Below, one piece after another: positions 35,578 to 43,880 of a DNA stretch of 64,000 bases (positions are counted from its first letter, which is position 1; the number at the start of each line of letters is the position of its first letter). Source of the stretch: Corallochytrium limacisporum Hawaii. Its lineage: Eukaryota; Protista; Pluriformea. The stretch covers positions 1-64,000 of the forward strand of contig PDIP01000087.1 in assembly GCA_002811645.1 (NCBI GenBank), given 5' to 3'. A model generated the notes under the pieces. The model searched no databases, was not told where the DNA came from, and saw nothing but the letters and a program-made list of their open reading frames with translations. A program made the position numbers and the translations under genes.

Positions 35578-36769
35578 GACTGATTTTGCTATTCACCACA
35601 ACCAAAGTTTTGATATTCTTTCCCCTTGTGGACGAGGACTAGAAATCTACACAGGCTGTGAGGTTTTGTGCGTCCCTTCTTCTACCTTTGTCTCGCGAGC
35701 TCGCGCCAATGGGTTTAATAAGTTCGGAAATACATCGCCGAGAACTATATGGAGACAGACCTCCAAGAACTATTTAAAACGTAATGGAGAATTGTCCACG
35801 GCTGCGATCCACGAATCTTTGGGGTAGGAGACATTTGTGCCTTCATTGGCAACCCCGGTACCAGTCCTTTACTGGTCGTCCGTACGCAATCTCGTACGGG
35901 TTATGCGGGATTGAAGATTGGCCCTCTGTTCCCTGACCATCTACGGTCCAAAGCCACTCCTCTTCAAGAAATTCACGCACTTTCGTTACTGTGAAGGGAG
36001 TGCCACAAAACAAAGGAATGAAACGCGGGCTTATCTTCAGAAACGCAAAGAACGGGCGAGTATCGGCCCGCCCTCCTCGGGACGGCCAGCTCCAGGGGTA
36101 ATTTCTCCGAGCGAGGCGTTCCTGTGAGAGTGGGGGCAGTTACAAACTCGACCTGTCAGAGAGAAATTTTTGGTGAGGAAGACAAAACTCTGCCCAGTGG
36201 GCAAGCGATCTGACAAAATATGAGAGAGATGTGTTTCTCTGTGTGTGTGCCAGCCAAAGCCCGGGGACGGAAGATTTTCAAAAGTATTTTTTTTGGTCGT
36301 CGGTTCATTCATATCCATCTCTAGTAACACTAAGCATGTGGGGGGAAGCCCCACAAGCGAACGAAATCGCACCATCCTTTCGGGCGTAGGAAGCTAAGTT
36401 AAACCTGTATGATGTGGCATGTTTACTCCGTACAAAAAGTACTGTCCCTGAAAATGGTCCGTGGTGGACTTGCTTCGAGGAAGAGACCTGTCCAGAGCTG
36501 TCCATCGCCCCGGGAACCCCGTGTTCCCCCTTGGTCCCCCCCCTTACCTCTGTACCCTATTTTTGGGTCCCGCCAGCACCCCCTCCCTCTCTTCCGCCTG
36601 CCTTCCGCCAAAGGCGGGAGGAGAGAAGCAGGGAGGGGCGCAAAACTTAAAATACACACAAAAAAAAACAAAATCAACCAAAAAAATAATGCGGGTCCTG
36701 CGCGAAATTTAAAATAATGATAATAATTAGGTTTTCAGTTGATAGAGTGACGGCAAAGCAAACCCCCCC

Positions 36770-36823
36770 CCCCCGGCCCCATTTGCGGAGCCCCCCACCC
36801 ACCCCCGGCCCCATTTGCGGAGC
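36770..36823. repeat. 22-bp direct repeat in the divergent ACAD / AAA intergenic region
   Basis: CCCCCGGCCCCATTTGCGGAGC occurs at 36770-36791 and 36802-36823. Confidence 0.8.
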
Positions 36824-37706
36824 AGAGGGGTCAGATGACATTTGTCCTAGGCTGTCCGGCTATTTGCGCTGGGTGCGCCGGGGTTTACAGAAACGGAGAC
36901 ATCAGCTACTGCAGTCGGTAATGGCTGTATTCCAAAATTTAGTAATGAATGTATGTAATAACAACGAGATAGCATAGGTAGTATCTCTAAATCAACGGAA
37001 GACAGTCCATCCGCGGATATGCTCTATGCCCCGCGACACCGCGGGCTATTTTCGACCCTCCTAACTGAACGTCTTAGGCGCCGACTAGCGTCATCTACGT
37101 GACAATTTCTATACAAATCATATACCTAACCCAAACCGTCCATAAATTGGCAGGTATGCACACCGACTCCCTGTTTCCCCGTTGGGCCCCCTGGGCCCCG
37201 GCTCGCCAGCTCCTAAACCCCCCCCTCCCCAACCCCCTCTCCCGAAGGAACTGGGGGACACGGGCCCGGGCACCCCACAGCCGGCCCGCGGAACAGCCCT
37301 CTACGGAGAGGGGTCTCAGTGCGCAGAGAAGGGGGTGTCCAGTGGCCGCAAAGGACTGGGGTTGTCTGGGGATGTGGGCGTGTGAGTATCGGTTCGGTCT
37401 GTTCGGATGGCCAGTCTAACGCGCACGGTTGTTGACGGTGGATCACTGGTCTTTTCTCACTAGACAGAGGGAAGAAGGCCTTGATGATGTTTAAGTGGGT
37501 GATCGTCTGGTAAATAACAGTCCTGCCAGGTCGACAAGGTTGGGAAAGTTGTACGGACGGGTAGTTCAAGAGGCTCCAATGGTTTACCACTAGCCCTTGC
37601 GGTTATTTGAGTCTAATTCCCGATGTTCTCAGAAGTACTTGTATAGATCTCACTTTCTTGGGTGATCAGATAGTACCAGGAAATAGTATCAGCTTAAGCA
37701 GTCCAT

Positions 37707-39080
37707 ATGCTGACCGTCAGTAGGCACGCTGTCGGCGGGACGCTGCTAAGGGCGTCGTCGCAGCAGCTCCGCAGAAGCCCAGCCATGATGTTCCTTGCCA
37801 CGATTACTACGCAGAAGGGCAAGTCCGCAGCATTCCCAGTGCAATCGAATAATGGCGCCGACCAGGGGGTCGGATGGCGCCTTGAGACAGACAAAAACCT
37901 TGACTACAACTTCTTTATTGATCCCCCGCAGGGTGTCGAGATCCCTCCGGGTGCCAGAGAGGCCGCGGTATGGGCCAGTGAGCACCCCATGACGCTGACC
38001 GCAACGGGTGTCGAGATTGGTAACTTTCGGCTTCCTGTCGACGATGCGGAGGCCACAGCCAGCCACGCGGAGAAGCCACCCGTGAGTGATCAAGACTGGT
38101 TCCTGATCAATCTTCCGACCAATCGCAAGATTGTCTACAATACACTCAAGGCCTTCAGTATGGGACAGCACGTACTCTATTCGGGAGAGACTGGCACGGG
38201 AAAGACTTGGATTGCCCGAAAGATTAGTCAAATGCTTGGTCGTGACCTATACATGGTAAGCCTAAACGAATATACAAAGAACGAGGACCTCACCACGCGG
38301 AACACTTTCGGTGAGGAGAGCGAGGGCAAGACGGCCGTGAGCAAAGCAACAGTGTTGCAATGGATGGAGAACGGAGGCGTGCTGCTCTTAGACGAAATGC
38401 ACAAGCCACTGGAGGGCGTCAGTGTGCTGAACAACATTCTGCAGTATGGCGAGTTCCGCATGAGTCATGGTGCAGTGATTAAACAGAAGGATAGCATCCT
38501 ATGCTCTTGCATTGCTACCATGAATCCACCCAGGCCTCCATACCGAGGGGAGTCACCTTCTGGAGAACTGGCGTCTCGGTTCGGTATTACGCTTGAGGTG
38601 CCGTTCCTGCCCCCAGCTGAAGAGGAGGCTTTGCTATCGTGCTTCATGTCGCCAGAACATGGAGCCAACGGGCGGCCCTTGAGTCGCACACTCGTCTCCA
38701 TTGCCACAGAACTACGCGCGAACTACCCGACAACTATTCCTCTGCCCCTGTCCACACGGTCGTTGATCAACGTTGCACGACACATTGAGGCTTTCCCGGA
38801 GGACAATCCGGAGGAAATCTTCCTGATGACCTTCAACCCCTGCACCGTGGTCGAGGATCTGACAGTACGAAAGGCAATTCACAAGGTCCTAGAGGCCCAT
38901 GACTTGGCTAATCGGGGCGCAAATGCACTGGCTGGGCATGCCAGTCGTCAGGCTGCTGCCACAGCCGGTGCGACGGGCGGTATGTCACGCATGGACCAGA
39001 AAATGATGGAGTCCGAACGTAAGAACAAAGGACTGCTGAACCAGTTTCAGGTCAAGGACAATGAGCCGCAGTTTTTTTGA
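37707..39080 (+). CDS. MoxR/CobS/NorQ-like AAA+ ATPase (AAA_5 type) with putative mitochondrial presequence, 457 aa
   Basis: Walker A GETGTGKT, Walker B LLLDEMHK, sensor I ATMNP, Arg finger LASRF, sensor II STRSL. The N-terminus MLTVSRHAVGGTLLRASSQQLRRS is R/S/L-rich with no acidic residues. Confidence 0.88.
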   Translation: MLTVSRHAVGGTLLRASSQQLRRSPAMMFLATITTQKGKSAAFPVQSNNGADQGVGWRLETDKNLDYNFFIDPPQGVEIPPGAREAAVWASEHPMTLTATGVEIGNFRLPVDDAEATASHAEKPPVSDQDWFLINLPTNRKIVYNTLKAFSMGQHVLYSGETGTGKTWIARKISQMLGRDLYMVSLNEYTKNEDLTTRNTFGEESEGKTAVSKATVLQWMENGGVLLLDEMHKPLEGVSVLNNILQYGEFRMSHGAVIKQKDSILCSCIATMNPPRPPYRGESPSGELASRFGITLEVPFLPPAEEEALLSCFMSPEHGANGRPLSRTLVSIATELRANYPTTIPLPLSTRSLINVARHIEAFPEDNPEEIFLMTFNPCTVVEDLTVRKAIHKVLEAHDLANRGANALAGHASRQAAATAGATGGMSRMDQKMMESERKNKGLLNQFQVKDNEPQFF

Positions 39081-41845
39081 ATGATCCCAATTCATCTCCA
39101 TCCTCCAAACCCATCTCTCCTGTGACTATTCAGGAAAGCGAGCAGAGGTCTCTCGATATATCACAATCGCTGGCGCGTAAAATGGCCACGCTCAGAAAAG
39201 CCGCGTCCGATACAGTACTGACGCAGAGCCAGCGGACAGAGATCGATCGGGCTCTGTTGCATGCACAGGATCCCGCCTTGGACGTGGTAAAAGCAGCAGA
39301 AGAGGACGGGCCTGAGGCACCGATCGAGACCCTGGAGCGTCATGCAGCAAACATCGAATCGATTACCAAATCGGAAGAGGCACTCTTTGGTCATATTATG
39401 CAGTGGTCGGACGTTCGTGATCCGGGCAGTGGTCTTGGCTACACCCCAGGTGGCGATTCCCTGCTGGACTTGAAGGCACAGATTGGAGAAGCCATGATCC
39501 GCGAAGAGGCTCAGAAGCAGGCCCTGCAGCGGCACACCGTAAGGAATGGACAAGAGAGGAACGGAAATAAGGATGGGCGACGCTGGTTCAGTACCGGCAA
39601 GGCCCCGAGGTGGATTGGGATATCATCATCAACAAATCATACTAGTCATCATAGTAGTACTTTCAGTAACACTGACCAGTCTATGAGCACAAACACGGAC
39701 ACTGTCGGTCAGTTCGTTAAGCGGGACTTTACAGTAGTAGTGACTCAGCGGCGACAGATTACCACTGGTGCGGCGGCACCCATGTCCAGGCGTTCGAACC
39801 CGAACGCTCCGAAGTCACAGGCGTTCATCGAAGCAGCAGCAGATGTCCTCACGCAGGCCATGCGTGGCCGTGGCACTTCGACTGAAGGCATCACCGGCAC
39901 CAATCGGCCTCTGACGAGCACAGAACAGCTCCAGATTGCCGCGGAACGGCGCGAATTTGTGGAGGAGCTCGCCAAGGTCGGCCGTATTTTAAGCAAGAAC
40001 CCGGACCTGAAGATGCAGGAGCAAGTCGGGTCCAAGGGCTGGAACTATGATATGGACACCGGCTGCATGAAATTTGAAGGATCCGATGCCTACAACATGA
40101 CGCCACGCGGCCAACAGATCACCTTTGGTCGCCTCGCACACGAATTGTGGATGGCAGAGCATGGCAAATCTGCTGAAGTTGTGGACGGCATCAAGGGCGT
40201 GACCTGCGAAGGTAAGCGTGTGCTCGAGCCGCTGATCACTGTCCTCGACAGAGCCCGGGCTCAAAGCATTGGTTTGATTAATCATCCAGGCGCAGCACCA
40301 TGGATCAACGCCAAGTACAGCGTGGAGCACGAGGTCCATAATCTGCCGCTTCAACAACGTGCGTGGCAGCAGATAGCGAAACCAGAACAGTTGCGCATGG
40401 CCGTGGACTACCGCTGGTGGCAAGGAAAGTGGGATCCCCGCGTCACGGACAAGGAAGTGCTCAAGTGCGCACAGGAAATTGCCACTGCAGTTGATCGCGT
40501 GTTCGATCCGGAGTTGAGTGTTGAAGACGTCAGGCGTGTTATGATGGAAGAAATCGTTCCTGCGTATGCCCAGCTCCTCCCACCAGAAGATCAGCAGAGG
40601 ATCAACGTTCCTCCGGAGGAGGACGGCGACCAGCCTCCCGGTGAGAACGACGAGAACAACACTCCAGGATCCGGCGCTCCGGACCAGGATCCAAATCGCC
40701 CGCAACGGGGAGCATCTGGCAAAGACGACCCAAACTCAGAGCGCCAAGAATCGGACCAAAATCATCCCGGTGAAGATAATGGGAACACGGGTATGGGTGG
40801 ATATTCGGATAAGGAGAACGACCAGGTACCGCCGAAGCCAGAAGAGATGGAAATGGTCGAGCCCGAGACACCGCCGAACCCGCGTAAAAAGTTCATTCAA
40901 GAACTCATGGGCACCAGTCCAGGACAGAAACGGGACCAGGAGGAACGGGCCAAGACTGCAGATGTCTATGAGATCCCCTGGGACACGCGGTACAGCTACG
41001 AAGACATTCGGCTCATGGTCGCGGATCAGGTACCACTGGTTAAGCACCATATGCGCACACTCATGAAACGCAAGTCACGTCGCCGCGTCTCCACGCATAA
41101 GTACTATGGTGATTTGGACGTGAACCGGCTGTATGCCATCCCTGGTGGCAGTCGCAACATTTTCCAGACCGAATCGAAGCCCACCAAGAGTGTCTATCGA
41201 ATAAGTCTAGTCATTGACATCTCCCTGTCCATGCGAGAGCACGACAAGTGCGTGGATGCAGCCCAAGGTGCTGTCATGCTGATGGAGACACTGAACGATA
41301 TTCCTGGAATTGAGTACGAGGTAGTGGGATTCAATTACAGTCCCATGATTTACAAAGCATTTAAGGAACGGCTGCAGCCGGAAGTCAGGGAGAGGGTCGC
41401 GCGCAACATAATGACTCCGCGCGGTGGTACGCGCTGCGGGCGGGCGCTAGGCGACTGCCTCGACCGCCTCAAGCTCACAGGCTCCCGTGGTGAGAAGATG
41501 GTCATTGTGGTGACGGACGGTGATGACCGTCAAGCGGACGAGGTTCATGATCTGTCCAACCATGCTGTGTTGTACGATGGCATAGATGTGCATGGCATTG
41601 GTCTGGGTGAGGAGTGTGCCAATGTCGAGTCTCTTTTCCCGCCGGGTCGTGGCTGGTGGCTCCAGGACGCCAAGGAGATTCCCGAGGTGGTCCGCACGAT
41701 TCTCATGCGCAGCGCCAGTGTACACATTGACTACGAAATGGAACGGGAACGCCGAGTGAAGGCTCAACAGGCAATGCAATCTACATCAACCGAGGCAAGA
41801 GCGAAGTTAACTAATCGGCTTATGAGCATGTTTGATATGCACTAG
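39065..41845 (+). CDS. CobT/NorD/CbbO-like VWA (MIDAS) protein in the -1 frame relative to the upstream AAA ORF
   Basis: Frame is open from 39065; first ATG at 39182. CobT-like LDRARAQSIG..HPGA, acidic D/E/P/N linker, GDLDVNRLY, and a complete MIDAS (DISLS ... GGT ... VTDGD). True start is uncertain. Confidence 0.8.
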   Translation, partial: AAVFLNDPNSSPSSKPISPVTIQESEQRSLDISQSLARKMATLRKAASDTVLTQSQRTEIDRALLHAQDPALDVVKAAEEDGPEAPIETLERHAANIESITKSEEALFGHIMQWSDVRDPGSGLGYTPGGDSLLDLKAQIGEAMIREEAQKQALQRHTVRNGQERNGNKDGRRWFSTGKAPRWIGISSSTNHTSHHSSTFSNTDQSMSTNTDTVGQFVKRDFTVVVTQRRQITTGAAAPMSRRSNPNAPKSQAFIEAAADVLTQAMRGRGTSTEGITGTNRPLTSTEQLQIAAERREFVEELAKVGRILSKNPDLKMQEQVGSKGWNYDMDTGCMKFEGSDAYNMTPRGQQITFGRLAHELWMAEHGKSAEVVDGIKGVTCEGKRVLEPLITVLDRARAQSIGLINHPGAAPWINAKYSVEHEVHNLPLQQRAWQQIAKPEQLRMAVDYRWWQGKWDPRVTDKEVLKCAQEIATAVDRVFDPELSVEDVRRVMMEEIVPAYAQLLPPEDQQRINVPPEEDGDQPPGENDENNTPGSGAPDQDPNRPQRGASGKDDPNSERQESDQNHPGEDNGNTGMGGYSDKENDQVPPKPEEMEMVEPETPPNPRKKFIQELMGTSPGQKRDQEERAKTADVYEIPWDTRYSYEDIRLMVADQVPLVKHHMRTLMKRKSRRRVSTHKYYGDLDVNRLYAIPGGSRNIFQTESKPTKSVYRISLVIDISLSMREHDKCVDAAQGAVMLMETLNDIPGIEYEVVGFNYSPMIYKAFKERLQPEVRERVARNIMTPRGGTRCGRALGDCLDRLKLTGSRGEKMVIVVTDGDDRQADEVHDLSNHAVLYDGIDVHGIGLGEECANVESLFPPGRGWWLQDAKEIPEVVRTILMRSASVHIDYEMERERRVKAQQAMQSTSTEARAKLTNRLMSMFDMH

Positions 41846-42913
41846 CGCGTGTACACGACAGCAAAAAGTGATCCCATCTTGCCCTCAACAATACTTTCAT
41901 ACACATGTACAAAGATAGAACAGACAATTGCCAGGCTGCCTTAGATCCCTTCTCCCACTTCCGGTCGGTCACTCTCGTTCACCCGCGCCAACAATTTGAG
42001 GTCCTCGCGGCGGCCCCACACCTTTGATCCGCCTGAGATTATACTAGAAAAAACAAATCGTGTCCTCCATAGCCAAGACACTCGTGGGTTATTTATATAC
42101 TGACTTCCTATATAGCGTTCACTAGCAATAAACAATTGGGCTATATAGTGAATAGTTTAATATACTTCTTCCTTAACATTTCTGTTCTTGGCACTCGAAA
42201 GCCAGTACCGAGTGAGCTGACCTCCCCCCGGAGGGGGGGGGAGGGCATAGCGCACACACACAACCGCTGGCGGGCCCAGAAAGGCCCAAACTTTCTTTCG
42301 GGAAAAGGCCTGGACGAAGAAAAGGGGGGGCGAAGGGGGAGGGGTCGGGCCCCCCGGGTGACGGTGTGTGCGCCATGCGATCTCCCCTCCCCCCCCCCAC
42401 CCTCTTTTCTCCCCCTTTTTGTTTCGCCGAGGGGCCTGAGGCGGAAGCAGTGCCCGGGGTATTGATTGGAAAAGATTTTTCCTCCATTTATTTTCTATGG
42501 AAAATGATGTGTCGGCCGAGGGGTAGCGTGATGGGGGGGGCCTTTGCCTTCCTTCGAACTTTGGGAGTCCCCACAACCACCAGCAGGCCTTGCTGGCTGG
42601 CTGCTCACGACCCTGCACCGAGATTCCCGAAATCACGGCCTGTGGCTTGGCGCTGCGGATCATGTTCTCGTCAGAGTCCTCCTTCGAAATGTGTTTGCCT
42701 CTTGACTGTTCCATTGACTAGAGCAGTATGTCTCATGTTCCTTGGAATGGTAGTTAAAGCACAGAGTGGGCCAAGGCTATTTGTTTGGATGACTCACCTA
42801 AACAAACACTGGAAAACGATCAAGTCAACGAGCGGGACAAGGTTGTAACCTCTCAGGCTTAAAAGTCTATTCTATTTCGGTTTAACAGATCCATACCTAT
42901 TCAAAGAAAGAAA

Positions 42914-43426
42914 ATGCCTCGCAGCCGTCGTTCCGGAGGAGCAGCCCGCGGTCCCACCGCTGGCATGGGCGCTGCTCGCGCCGCACCCCCACCTCGCCAG
43001 CAGCGCCGGGAACATCATACCACCACTCAACCCGCCCGCACTCAGCCACCACAGCAGTCCGTGCCCATGCAAGCGCCTACTGGTGGGTCTGGTGGTGGTC
43101 TTTTTGCCAATATGGCCTCCACCGCTGCTGGTGTAGCGGTTGGGCATACAATGGGCAACGCCATGTCGAGTGCTCTCGGATTCGGAGGCGGAGGATCTGC
43201 GCCTGAGCAACAACAGCAAGCGGCGCCTGTCCAGGGCCAAGAATATGCGGTCAATCAGCAGCAGGGCCAGTACCAAGCAGCTGACCAACAGAATCCCTGC
43301 GCCTGGGAAATGAAGGACTTTGTAGATTGCGTCCAGAAGAACTCGAATGACATTGGCTTTTGCCAGGGATTCATGGAGAGCCTGAACCAGTGCAAGATTA
43401 ACAATGGCATTCCTCTTGACCAGTAG
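42914..43426 (+). CDS. CHCHD2: CHCHD2/CHCHD10/Mix17 mitochondrial intermembrane-space protein, 170 aa
   Basis: MPRSRRS.. N-terminus, GGLFANMASTAAGVAVGHTMG helix, twin CX9C (C-AWEMKDFVD-C..C-QGFMESLNQ-C). Confidence 0.92.
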   Translation: MPRSRRSGGAARGPTAGMGAARAAPPPRQQRREHHTTTQPARTQPPQQSVPMQAPTGGSGGGLFANMASTAAGVAVGHTMGNAMSSALGFGGGGSAPEQQQQAAPVQGQEYAVNQQQGQYQAADQQNPCAWEMKDFVDCVQKNSNDIGFCQGFMESLNQCKINNGIPLDQ

Positions 43427-43880
43427 ACATATCAACATCAAAGTTGCCACAAAGAAGCCATAGTGTCACATCACGTTCCAGCGTGATGCTTGCAGGATAG
43501 ATCGGGTACCTGTGTTGACGACGTCGACGCCATTGTCATTATGCCATAGACCTACCCTAAACCCACATAAACTTGTAGAACATGATTTCATTCGCAATGT
43601 GAAGCCTAGTCCACAGTCCCGATGGCGGCCAGCGGTGTCAATGACACAAGACTATAAAATCCCCAGAGGCTATGTTCTCACATTTTTGAACTTTTTTAAT
43701 ATATGTACGTGTTCTTTTTTTTTTTGTCCCTCGATTCTCGGCTCCGCAAGATCGTCCTGAAAAGCATACAGTGAAACTAGCATGTTCCTTGCCGCTCTCA
43801 GAAGCTCAAGAGCAAAATTATAAGTGCACGCTTCGTCCTCATGATCCTTTGACATCATGCACTGAGGTTCCTATTGCAAC

